DNA from: a virus
Length of the DNA stretch: 64,000 bases
Virus record (IMG/VR): IMGVR_UViG_3300028549_001461
Location: 32,001-96,000 of that record
Direction: 5' to 3' (one strand)
Positions 40,911-50,374 of this stretch are shown piece by piece. Numbering within the stretch: the stretch's first letter is position 1; each line of letters opens with the position of its first letter. The notes under the pieces were generated by a model. It was not told the origin of the DNA and made no database searches. It saw only the letters and a program-made list of their open reading frames with translations. A program made the translations under genes and the position numbers.

Positions 40911-43694
40911 ATGAAATTACCTGGCTGGGAAAATTCAAATAGACTTCAATTCTCAATAGATAAAAGTGATGTTATAGAGGATATTAATCTATTACCATTT
41001 ATTTTTAGATTAGGTACTGATTCAGGTAATAATTTAGTAGATACTACTTTTATATTTGATTTTTTAACTGTCGGTGGAAGTAGTTTTGGTAGTAGGAAGA
41101 AGGTGGCATTTTCTCAGTTAGTAGGCGGCGAAGAAGTGCAACTGTTTGCTGAGTTAGATTTCTGGGACTCAGTTTTAAAAAAAGCTATATTTTGGATAAA
41201 ACCTATAGAGTTATCTTACAAGCATATCAATGTTTTTTATTTTTATTACGACAGTTCTAAACTTCCTAATGAGAATTATATATCAGACGCAGGGCAGAGC
41301 GCTATGCGTCTTATGATGCCTCTAAGTTCTCAGGGAACTTATGATAAAACACAAGTTTTTCCTTTTAGTCTAGTAAAGATCGATAATTTATATAAAATAT
41401 GGTATTTAGGTAAAGACGCCACAGTATCTCAAACAAGACGTATATTATATTGTGAGTCCACTGACTTAATAAACTTCTCTAATTACCACGTGGCGATCAG
41501 TCTTACACATACATTCGACACAGGTACACATGGTAAAGGTACTGTTTTATTTATAAGTGGTATATATAAAATGTGGTTTTGTGGTAATACTAATGCCACA
41601 AGTACTGTAGGTTATAAAATAGGTTACTGCACATCTTCTGATGGTTTAAATTGGGGTAGTTTTACCCAATGTACAGGTTTAAATATTTCAGGGGTAACTG
41701 ATGCAACACAAGAAGATTGTTCTGTAATATACGATGGTACTAAATATAAAATCTGGTTTAAAACTGGTATAGCTGGCCATGGTATTTACAAAATTTACTA
41801 TGCAGAATCTGTAAATGGTATTGCTTGGACAAATGTTACTAAAGTACTGGAGGCCTCTATGTTGACTTTTACTGATGTCGCCAGTGTATTTTTTTGTAAT
41901 ACTTTCTATAAGAATAATAAGTATGTTATGTGGTTTACTTTAAGTGACACTGGTAATAGTGGTATGTTTGTTTGTGACTCTTTAGATGGTATTTCATTTA
42001 GTAACTTTTCAAGTTTTTTAGATACGGGCGTAGAAGGTGAGTATGACTTAGATGGTTATCAAGGGTTAGCTTTATTGGACGACTTAGATAAGTACATATT
42101 TATTTATGGCGCTCCTAAAAACAGTAATTACAATTATAATCTTTTAATAGCTGACTCTACAAATTATTACAGACCACTAACACCTTCTCAGTATGTATGG
42201 GAAGATTTATTTACATCAGTAAATCATTTTAATCCTAACTACGGTTTTAAAAATTCCGTAAGTATGACAAATTCTTCAGTTACTATCAGCGAAACTGTTT
42301 CTTCCACAAAGAGCACTATAGGTGCGTATGCCTTAAATTTTAATAGTAACACTAGTTTTGCTAACTTAGGCGGTAGTTATAGAAATACTTTACCTAATTT
42401 TAGCCAATGTATAATTAATGCTAGACTTATTTCAGGTAATAGCATAATATATAAAGGTACCTACTCCTATATGAGTTATTTTTTGTACTATCAACAGCAA
42501 GCACCTGTTTTTAGATCTAATTATAATGATAATTTTGATGGAGTTGATGACTCTTTGCCTGATACGTACTTATGGCAAATTACCGCTGGTAATTCCAGAA
42601 TTTATAATAATAGTTTGAAATATTCATCTGGACTAATAGAGGAAATTACTTCTAACTTTTACATAGGTTCTAATTTTGATATCAGTTTTTCTTTTACAAT
42701 AGATGATTGTTCTCTTACTTCTTCTTGGTCTTTTGGAGTTAAATTAGTATCTGAGTCACATCTAACACTTGATTACGTTGTTCGCATATATAAAAATCCA
42801 TCTAATTCTATTTGTTATATAGAATGCACTAGGATGAACAAAAACACATATACTGTTTATGGCACAACTACTTATACAGTTTATGAAGAAGATATTTACA
42901 ATGGATCTTTTAGAATTTATAAATTAACTAATGATTTAAAGGTTACTTGTACCATAAATAATAATTTTTCTTATTCGTTTCCTCAGCTTTTTAATACACT
43001 TACCGAAGATGCCATATACCGAGTTTTATTTTTTAAACAAGATACTATAGTTAGAGACACTACTAAATTTTATATTACAGATTTTACAACATTAACTAAT
43101 AATACATTTATTAACTTAAGAAACTCCGACAAAAATAATTCCTTGGCTCTTGATTACAGATGCGGTGATATAACTTATTCACATGCTCCTATTACTTACA
43201 CATTAAATACTGATTGGGAAGTTTATGGCTTTGGTTTAAGTAATAATAACTATTTAAATGTTTTTTTAGGAGATATGTTTAATGGTTTTGTTTATTCCGA
43301 CAATGTAGATGTACTTAAAGCTAGTTCAAAAAGTACTATTTTAGGTGGAGAGACTAACAGTATGTTAGGTACTTACTCTGAGATTTTTTTTACAAAGAAC
43401 TTTTTTTCACCTTCTATGTTATCTTTTTTAAATCTTAGTTTGAAGGATTCACTTATAAAGATAGGTACTAATTATGTTAGAGGATACACTACTATCTATG
43501 GAGTTCCTTTTCAAACAAAGCTATTGGTCTATGATGAAGATACTGGAGATTTAATAGGTGGCGCTACCTCAAGTCATAGTAATGGTTTTTATTATACCGA
43601 AGTACCATTTGTTGAAAATTGCTTTATTATTGGTATTGGTAATGACTCCTATAATCATTTTATTTTAGATAAAGTTACTTTACAAGCTGTATAA
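40911..43694 (+). CDS. Putative receptor-binding/tail protein: DUF2341-like N-terminus, five-bladed glycosidase-like beta-propeller, lectin-like modules
   Basis: QLFAELDFWD....AIFWIK...FYFYYD is DUF2341-like. Repeated YK(I/M)W(Y/F).G...I.Y..S.DG..W blades. Confidence 0.7.
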   Translation: MKLPGWENSNRLQFSIDKSDVIEDINLLPFIFRLGTDSGNNLVDTTFIFDFLTVGGSSFGSRKKVAFSQLVGGEEVQLFAELDFWDSVLKKAIFWIKPIELSYKHINVFYFYYDSSKLPNENYISDAGQSAMRLMMPLSSQGTYDKTQVFPFSLVKIDNLYKIWYLGKDATVSQTRRILYCESTDLINFSNYHVAISLTHTFDTGTHGKGTVLFISGIYKMWFCGNTNATSTVGYKIGYCTSSDGLNWGSFTQCTGLNISGVTDATQEDCSVIYDGTKYKIWFKTGIAGHGIYKIYYAESVNGIAWTNVTKVLEASMLTFTDVASVFFCNTFYKNNKYVMWFTLSDTGNSGMFVCDSLDGISFSNFSSFLDTGVEGEYDLDGYQGLALLDDLDKYIFIYGAPKNSNYNYNLLIADSTNYYRPLTPSQYVWEDLFTSVNHFNPNYGFKNSVSMTNSSVTISETVSSTKSTIGAYALNFNSNTSFANLGGSYRNTLPNFSQCIINARLISGNSIIYKGTYSYMSYFLYYQQQAPVFRSNYNDNFDGVDDSLPDTYLWQITAGNSRIYNNSLKYSSGLIEEITSNFYIGSNFDISFSFTIDDCSLTSSWSFGVKLVSESHLTLDYVVRIYKNPSNSICYIECTRMNKNTYTVYGTTTYTVYEEDIYNGSFRIYKLTNDLKVTCTINNNFSYSFPQLFNTLTEDAIYRVLFFKQDTIVRDTTKFYITDFTTLTNNTFINLRNSDKNNSLALDYRCGDITYSHAPITYTLNTDWEVYGFGLSNNNYLNVFLGDMFNGFVYSDNVDVLKASSKSTILGGETNSMLGTYSEIFFTKNFFSPSMLSFLNLSLKDSLIKIGTNYVRGYTTIYGVPFQTKLLVYDEDTGDLIGGATSSHSNGFYYTEVPFVENCFIIGIGNDSYNHFILDKVTLQAV

Positions 43695-43697
43695 GTA

Positions 43698-43726
43698 TTG
43701 ACATGCGTGAATGTATGTGGTATAGT
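43698..43726 (+). promoter_or_regulatory. sigma70-type promoter for the replication module
   Basis: TTGACA (43698-43703), 17-nt spacer, TATAGT (43721-43726) with extended -10 TGn; AAGGAAGGAG site before dnaN. Confidence 0.9.
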
Positions 43727-43773
43727 ATGTGAAATAATTTTTTATCACTTTAAAATTTAAGGAAGGAGTTACT

Positions 43774-44907
43774 ATGGAATTTACAGTAGACCTGCTCGAT
43801 TTACAAAAAGCTTTTAAGTTTATAAGTACCGTAGCAAAACAGAACGATGAAGACGCTGAAGGACATATTCTACTAAATGCAAGATCTTCAGGAGAATTGG
43901 TGTTACTATCTAGTAGTGGTAATCTATCAATAACCCATACAGTACCAAATTGTCAAGTTGTAACAGAGGGTATTTTAGCAGTATCTTTTAAGAAACTAAG
44001 CTCTTTTATTGTTGCTTTTACCTATCTAAAGGAAGGTGTTGGTTCAAGTGTTGTTAAATTTAAAGGTTTAAAGAATGACCTATCTTTGTCTATTGATAGC
44101 TTTACTTTAAATGGTAAAAAATCAACACATAAACTTAAGTTACGTCAAGAAGTAGCACAAAAAGTAGCAATACCTTCACCCTTTAATGTAACGACTTTCG
44201 AAATTAACGCAGCTACTTTACGCTTAGCTATTTCAAAAGTAATATACGCGGTGAATCCTTCCTCTATAAGAGATTTTTTACAAGGAGTTAACATTAATTT
44301 TGATAAAGATTTCATATATTTTGTAGGTACAGACGCGCAAAAATTATCAGAGTATAAAACCCCAAATACCAGTAAATTACAAGAAGGCACTTTTACAGTT
44401 AACTACTCTTTTATTAATGCTTTAAAAAGAGTTATAGACGATGAGAGTTTAGTAAGTTTTAGTATTGATTCTCATAAAATTAAAGCACGTATAAATAATA
44501 CTGTCCTTCATGGAACTATTTTAATAGGTGATACTTACCCAGATTATAGAAAAGCTCTACAAGATTTTAAACATTCATTGGTTATAAATAAAGATGAATT
44601 TTTAGGAAGTTTAGCCCCTTTGTTACCTACCTTAGATAAGGAAGATCATAATAGACTAACTATTAAAATTGAAGATAATAAATTATCGCTAAATAATGAT
44701 TATGCAGATGCTGAATACGGTGGAGAAATTTCTTTTGATGGCACATTTATTATGGATTTAAACGGTATTTATCTATTAAGTACACTAACTGCAATAATGG
44801 ATGATTTAATTTGTTTTAAATTTTCTACTGAAACTAGTCCATTAATTTTTGATTCTTTTAGATTTTCTAATCAAAAGGCACTTATCACACCGGTAAGAAG
44901 ACATTAA
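43774..44907 (+). CDS. dnaN: DNA polymerase III beta subunit (sliding clamp)
   Basis: 377 aa; LQGVNI, FVGTDAQKL (cf. VATDGHRL), GDTYPDYR, MDLNGIYL and C-terminal ALITPVR. Confidence 0.9.
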   Translation: MEFTVDLLDLQKAFKFISTVAKQNDEDAEGHILLNARSSGELVLLSSSGNLSITHTVPNCQVVTEGILAVSFKKLSSFIVAFTYLKEGVGSSVVKFKGLKNDLSLSIDSFTLNGKKSTHKLKLRQEVAQKVAIPSPFNVTTFEINAATLRLAISKVIYAVNPSSIRDFLQGVNINFDKDFIYFVGTDAQKLSEYKTPNTSKLQEGTFTVNYSFINALKRVIDDESLVSFSIDSHKIKARINNTVLHGTILIGDTYPDYRKALQDFKHSLVINKDEFLGSLAPLLPTLDKEDHNRLTIKIEDNKLSLNNDYADAEYGGEISFDGTFIMDLNGIYLLSTLTAIMDDLICFKFSTETSPLIFDSFRFSNQKALITPVRRH

Positions 44908-45482
44908 TGAACACTCTTGATACTTTAATTGGTTGCATAAAAAATCTTGAAAATCCTGGGTTTTTAAAGGACCATTTACTACTAGATGCTGTGGAAGAAG
45001 CATGTGCTTCTTACCTTAAATCTATTGGTTACAAAGTTTCTAAAAATACGGACTATTATAAAATAAATACAATTGATGAACTTGTAGATTTTTTTTATAA
45101 TTGTTTAGATTACTACCATAGTGAGGTTTGTTCTTTAGTATCCAATAGACAGAAAGACAGAGCACTGTTTTCTAAGTTTATATCTAATAGACAAAGTGAG
45201 TTAGGGTGTTCCTTTAAAGATGGTTTACAGGACTGCGCTAATATAGTGAAGGCCTTATTTATTTACGAAGATGAATTAGCTCTTACACTTCCTATTGGCA
45301 CTTGGGTTTTTGGAAGTGAAAAATGTAAATGGCTAACAGATAAAGTAATAAATATACTTAATAATAATTTAGAAAGTGTAAATGAGCAAAAAGTAGTTAA
45401 GATGATAGAAGACAATGAACGTAACTCGGATGATTACATTGGATTCGATTTTGAAAAATTAAGGAGGATGTATGGTGAGTAA
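44907..45482 (+). CDS. Hypothetical protein
   Basis: TAATG-coupled to dnaN; overlaps the recA start. Confidence 0.65.
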   Translation: MNTLDTLIGCIKNLENPGFLKDHLLLDAVEEACASYLKSIGYKVSKNTDYYKINTIDELVDFFYNCLDYYHSEVCSLVSNRQKDRALFSKFISNRQSELGCSFKDGLQDCANIVKALFIYEDELALTLPIGTWVFGSEKCKWLTDKVINILNNNLESVNEQKVVKMIEDNERNSDDYIGFDFEKLRRMYGE

Positions 45483-46551
45483 GAAAGCAGATGATGTTCA
45501 GGAAAAGGAAAGCAAAGTTACTTCTTTTGATATTGCTTTAAAGTCCATAAATAAAAAGTTTGGTGAGGCTGTAAAACCTATGAGTGAAAAACCACTCATA
45601 ATCAATACTATATCTACAAGAAGTTTAGGATTAGACGCAGCTTTAGGAAGAGGTGGTGTAGCTAAAGGTAGATTATACGAAATATATGGTCCACCAAGCG
45701 CAGGAAAAACCACATTAGCTATGTCTATAATTGCTGAAGGTCAGCGTAGAGGTATGAACTGTGTTTTTGTTGACGCAGAACATAGTGCTGATCCTAAACT
45801 ATTTAGTAGTATGGGTGTAGATGTATCAAGACTTCATGTGGTAGAGTTATACACAGGTGAAGATAATTTAGCAGCCGCTGAAACGTTAATGAAAACAAAA
45901 GCAGTTGACCTATTAGTTATTGACTCTGTTACTTCTCTTATACCTAAAGTAGCTGCAGACTCAGAGTTAGAAGACAACAACATTGCTTTACTTGCTCGAC
46001 TAATGAGTAAAACTACTCTTAGGTTTGTTCCTATAGCTGCAGAGACTGACACTTGTGTTATTTTTATTAATCAAACTAGAAACAAGATTGGCGGTTATGG
46101 TAATCCTGAAACTACTACCGGTGGAGATGCATTACCTTTTTATGCTACAGGGAGGATTAGAGTTTCTGGCGTTGGCGCTAAAGCAAATCGTATTGTAGAT
46201 GGTAAAGGTAAAGTTATAGGTCATAGAACAGAATTTGAAACTATAAAAAATAAACTTGCTTGTCCATTTGTTAAATCAGAAACAGATCTTATCTACGGTG
46301 TTGGTTATGATATGGTTGGCGAAGTTGTAAAAATAGCTACAGATTTAGGTGTATTGAGTAAAGCTGGCAGTTGGTACAAGTATAGTGGTGAAAATGTTGG
46401 CCAAGGAGAAATGGGTGTAAGAAAGTTTTTCGAAGATCAGCCTGATGTAGCTTTAGTAATAAAAGAAGAAATTACAAGATTAATGGGTGTAGATGTTTAC
46501 TATAGGGCCCAGGAAGAATATGATAAAGTTAGAAAAGGTCTTGTTAGTTAA
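45472..46551 (+). CDS. recA: Recombinase RecA
   Basis: LDAALGRGG, EIYGPPSAGKTT, FVDAEH, VIDSV, IFINQTR, GNPETTTGG, KAGSWY. Confidence 0.97.
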   Translation: MVSKKADDVQEKESKVTSFDIALKSINKKFGEAVKPMSEKPLIINTISTRSLGLDAALGRGGVAKGRLYEIYGPPSAGKTTLAMSIIAEGQRRGMNCVFVDAEHSADPKLFSSMGVDVSRLHVVELYTGEDNLAAAETLMKTKAVDLLVIDSVTSLIPKVAADSELEDNNIALLARLMSKTTLRFVPIAAETDTCVIFINQTRNKIGGYGNPETTTGGDALPFYATGRIRVSGVGAKANRIVDGKGKVIGHRTEFETIKNKLACPFVKSETDLIYGVGYDMVGEVVKIATDLGVLSKAGSWYKYSGENVGQGEMGVRKFFEDQPDVALVIKEEITRLMGVDVYYRAQEEYDKVRKGLVS

Positions 46552-46896
46552 ATGAGTAAAATAGCCGATAGTGTTTATGAGATATTAAAGGAAGAATTCA
46601 TTTTTACTACTATCGAAAAAGAGTACTATATAAATTATAGAAATACAAGATTACTTTTTGATTTCTATGTTAAATCTTTAGGTATTTTAATTGAGTGTCA
46701 AGGGAGACAGCATACTGAATTTGTTAAGCATTTCCATGGACAAGTAGAAAATTTCTACGCTCAAAAGAGACGAGATAATTTAAAAGTAGAATATTGTGAA
46801 GAAAATAATTTGACTTTAGTATATTTTTATGATACTATAGATGTTATAACAAATAAATTAATTTTAGATAGGATATATGAGGCAATGAATGATTAA
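46552..46896 (+). CDS. Small PD-(D/E)XK (Vsr/DUF559-like) endonuclease
   Basis: LFDFYV...ILIECQGRQH...QKRRDNLK..YC motif. Confidence 0.75.
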   Translation: MSKIADSVYEILKEEFIFTTIEKEYYINYRNTRLLFDFYVKSLGILIECQGRQHTEFVKHFHGQVENFYAQKRRDNLKVEYCEENNLTLVYFYDTIDVITNKLILDRIYEAMND

Positions 46897-47140
46897 TTTG
46901 ATTAATGTTAATAATAAAAAATATTGTAAAGATTGTGCTGATTGGACACCTCTCAAGGACGGTACTAAGACAGGGGATCCAAAGTACTGCGACTTAAGCC
47001 AACTTTGTAAACAGATTGGCATGAAAACTGATTGGTATAATTTTTTTAATTACGAAACTATGGAATACGACTTTGACTATTTTTGCACAGGATTTTATTG
47101 TACAGAAGAAAATAAAAGAGATGATGATGAGGTATCTTAA
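46889..47140 (+). CDS. Small Cys-containing hypothetical protein
   Basis: CKDC plus 4 further Cys; overlaps both neighbours. Confidence 0.6.
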   Translation: MINLINVNNKKYCKDCADWTPLKDGTKTGDPKYCDLSQLCKQIGMKTDWYNFFNYETMEYDFDYFCTGFYCTEENKRDDDEVS

Positions 47141-47595
47141 TGGATTTAAATTTATTATTGTATCAGAAATGCAAACCAGAAAGTTCTTTAGTAGAACAAA
47201 TATTTTCCTACGATGTACGTGATTTAGAACAGACTGATGATACTTTTATTAGCAAAGCTGTTATAGCGTTATCTCAGTATTTAGTTTATTTTAAATCCCA
47301 ACTAAATACTACACAAGCCTCTCTCACCATGAAAGAACGTGTATTGGAAGGTGTTCTATTTGATTTAATAACACCAGATATTATTAAAAAATATAAAACT
47401 AAAAAAGATGCAAGGTTTGGTCTTGTGTATTCTAACGAAACACTAAATAACTTACAATTAGAAATTGATTCTCTGGGTGATGAGCTATTACTACTAGACG
47501 GTGTTGATAAAACTATAATGGAATTAATAGCTGCTTTTAAACGTGAATTAACAAGGAGAGAAAATGAATTATACCAGAGGAAACATTATAAGTAA
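47140..47595 (+). CDS. Hypothetical coiled-coil protein
   Basis: Helical, charged sequence between recA and dnaB; TAATG coupling. Confidence 0.6.
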   Translation: MDLNLLLYQKCKPESSLVEQIFSYDVRDLEQTDDTFISKAVIALSQYLVYFKSQLNTTQASLTMKERVLEGVLFDLITPDIIKKYKTKKDARFGLVYSNETLNNLQLEIDSLGDELLLLDGVDKTIMELIAAFKRELTRRENELYQRKHYK

Positions 47596-49033
47596 CACAG
47601 CATCTTCTAATAGTTATAATTTTTGCGATGCTTCAAATGAACGTAGTATATTAGCTATTATATCGCACAATGAAGATGCTTTTTTTAGTGTTTTATCCAG
47701 AGTAACAGAAAATGATTTTTTAGCTCCAGAATCTAAAGCTTACTTTTCTATACTTTGTTTGTTGAATTCTTCTGGGTACAGTAAATTTACAAAAATGTTG
47801 TTAATAAAAACTTCTGCAGATTTAGGTTATACTGACTTATGCAGTGAATCTTTTGTAGATGCTATTTTAAATGTACCACCGGCTTTTGATAATTTGAATA
47901 ACTTTATAAATAAACTAGTTGATGATAGTACTAAGTATCAATTATTTATGAATTTAACAACACATACAGATGCGGTCTTAACAAACGCTTGTGCTATTGG
48001 TACTAAATCTAGTGATGATTTAATTAATACATTACAATCAGACCTTATATCTTTATCTATACATAGTGAAGCTATATCAGAGCCTAAACATATATCTGAA
48101 GGTTTAACAGAATATTTAGAAAGTATTATGGACGTACATACACCTGTTATAGGTCTATCAACAGGATTTCCAATATTAGATAAAGTTATAGATGGACTTA
48201 TTCCAGGAACACTAATGATTGTAGCTGCAAGAAAAAAGATGGGTAAGTCTACTGTACTAACCAATATAGCTGCCAATGTCGCTGTAAACGATGGTTTACC
48301 CACCTTATATGTCGATACCGAGATGACATTTAAAGAGTGGCGTGATAGGGTTTTGGGCATTATAAGTGGTGTTCAAGAACGTACTATAAAACACGGTGGT
48401 TTTAAGAATGATAAGGAGGTTTTAAAAAGAATATTTGACGCCGCTAAGTATTTAGAGAAAAGTAAACTTTTTCATCATTACTTACCTGGTTATAATTTAG
48501 AGAAAATAACCTCTTTATATAAAAAGTACAAGTTTAAAGAGGATATTAAACTAGGTGTTTTTGATTATATTAAAGAACCTGAATCTTCAAGTATAGAAGC
48601 TGGTAGAAAGGAATACCAGATTTTAGGTGACGTAACCACAAGACTTAAAGATCTTTCAGGTCAGCTTAATATACCTTTTATAGCTGCTGTACAAGTAAAT
48701 AGATCTGGCGATGTTGCCGACTCCGATAGAGTAGCAAGGTATGGAGATATTGTTGCCTTTTGGGGTTTACGAGATTTAAAAAGAGCCGAAGAAGAAGCGA
48801 TAGATTTAGATTTAGCTGGTCATTACAGCCTATGCATAAGAGATACTCGTAGAGGAGGTACGACAGGTGAGTGGGGTATAGGCTTTAAATTTAAGAAAAC
48901 CAAACTTAAAATACTTGAAGTAAGCCAAGAAAACCAGATTGAGACTTTTGATTATCTTTCAGATATGAAGATAGATTTAGGAAGTAGTTTAAATAATAAT
49001 GAGGATTTATACGCAGATGGCTCACTCCTTTAA
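47564..49033 (+). CDS. dnaB: Replicative DNA helicase, DnaB family
   Basis: AGGAG site; N-terminal NERSILA...LFxxPE-like region; GLSTGFPILD, Walker A AARKKMGKST, DTEM, VFDY, LNIPFIAAVQVNR. Confidence 0.92.
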   Translation: MNYTRGNIISNTASSNSYNFCDASNERSILAIISHNEDAFFSVLSRVTENDFLAPESKAYFSILCLLNSSGYSKFTKMLLIKTSADLGYTDLCSESFVDAILNVPPAFDNLNNFINKLVDDSTKYQLFMNLTTHTDAVLTNACAIGTKSSDDLINTLQSDLISLSIHSEAISEPKHISEGLTEYLESIMDVHTPVIGLSTGFPILDKVIDGLIPGTLMIVAARKKMGKSTVLTNIAANVAVNDGLPTLYVDTEMTFKEWRDRVLGIISGVQERTIKHGGFKNDKEVLKRIFDAAKYLEKSKLFHHYLPGYNLEKITSLYKKYKFKEDIKLGVFDYIKEPESSSIEAGRKEYQILGDVTTRLKDLSGQLNIPFIAAVQVNRSGDVADSDRVARYGDIVAFWGLRDLKRAEEEAIDLDLAGHYSLCIRDTRRGGTTGEWGIGFKFKKTKLKILEVSQENQIETFDYLSDMKIDLGSSLNNNEDLYADGSLL

Positions 49034-50045
49034 TAGTACTGATATACAAATACTCAAAGAAAGTGTAGACTTGGTTATGTTGGTCAGTTCTCTAGGTTTC
49101 AATATAACACATGAAAATACCAGAGAAATAAGAGCAGCATGTGTTATTCATGGCGGGGACAATAAGAGCGCCTTTAGGCTGAATAAGGATACACGTACTT
49201 GGCAGTGTTTTACTAATAAGTGTCATATAGAACATGGTTATGACTTAATAGGTCTTATAAAAGCTGTACTAAAGATAGATTTTATAGCAGCAGTTAATTA
49301 CTTGAGGGACCTTGTAGGTGATATATCATTTAATGCCAAGTTTGCGTCTGACCGTCTTTTTTCTAGAGATAAGGATGCTTTTATACGTAGTTATTCTAAA
49401 CCCAAGATGCCAGAGTATGTTTCTGAGGGTCATTTAATATCCTATAGACCTTTAAGATCTACTCTGTTTAATAAAAAAGGTAATTTTTCTAACGCTACTT
49501 TAAATTACTTTGAAGTTTCTGGTGGATTTACTGATAATTTTGGTATACTGCGTGATATAATTCCTATAAGGGACGCTGAAGGTAGTTTAAAAGCCTACTC
49601 TTTACGTGATACTAGGTTGAATCCTCCTGATGAACATCATAAATATATAATAACTTCTGGGTTTTTAAAAGACACTGTGTTATATAACTTGCATAATGCT
49701 AAAATATATGGTAATATACTTCCATTAATAGTTGTAGAGGGTTTTAAATCTGTTTGGCGACTTTATGACTACGGTATTTATAATGTAGTTTGTGTTATGG
49801 GGTCTTTTTTAAGTCCTGGTCAACTACAACTTCTAAAAACATACGCTTTAAAAGGTGTTTTACTAATGTTTGATGCAGATAAAGCAGGTAGAGGGGGCGC
49901 AAAACTTGCTTATGATAGTTTGGATGAAGAGCATATACCTGTAGTTGATCTTGATATCAGCGACAAAGTTATGAAAACAACAGATGGCCCCGCTGAACTA
50001 TCATCAGAGGATATATATAGTTATGTATACCAGTATATTAGGTGA
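49017..50045 (+). CDS. dnaG: DNA primase (CHC2 zinc finger + TOPRIM)
   Basis: CVIH...WQCFTNKC; IVVEGF; MFDADKAG. Start at ATG 49017 or 48999. Confidence 0.88.
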   Translation: MAHSFNSTDIQILKESVDLVMLVSSLGFNITHENTREIRAACVIHGGDNKSAFRLNKDTRTWQCFTNKCHIEHGYDLIGLIKAVLKIDFIAAVNYLRDLVGDISFNAKFASDRLFSRDKDAFIRSYSKPKMPEYVSEGHLISYRPLRSTLFNKKGNFSNATLNYFEVSGGFTDNFGILRDIIPIRDAEGSLKAYSLRDTRLNPPDEHHKYIITSGFLKDTVLYNLHNAKIYGNILPLIVVEGFKSVWRLYDYGIYNVVCVMGSFLSPGQLQLLKTYALKGVLLMFDADKAGRGGAKLAYDSLDEEHIPVVDLDISDKVMKTTDGPAELSSEDIYSYVYQYIR

Positions 50046-50343
50046 AAATATAGTTAAACTCATAGGTAAGATAAGCTACAAAGAAGTTAATACCTATGGG
50101 GATAGAATAAATTTTAGATGTAAATTAGCTGTACCTATTGAAGAAGCTTTTCAATATATAAAAATATCTGCTTGGGGTAAAATGGCAGAGGCTTTAGGTG
50201 AATTACCTAATGGTACTTATATAAAGTTGTTTGGTCATATAGAAGAATCTTCTTTTACTACAAATTGTAAGTATTGTAAAGGTCCTTCTACAACGTATTG
50301 GACTTCTGTTAGTGTTGATAATTTTGTTGTTGTTTCTTATTAA
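50023..50343 (+). CDS. Single-stranded DNA-binding protein (OB fold); start uncertain
   Basis: NIVKLIGKI...YIKISAWGKMAE.L..L..G..IKLFGHI is the SSB pattern. Confidence 0.75.
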   Translation: MYTSILGENIVKLIGKISYKEVNTYGDRINFRCKLAVPIEEAFQYIKISAWGKMAEALGELPNGTYIKLFGHIEESSFTTNCKYCKGPSTTYWTSVSVDNFVVVSY

Positions 50344-50374
50344 TTTTTAAAACATAAATGAGTGAGGTAAAAGA

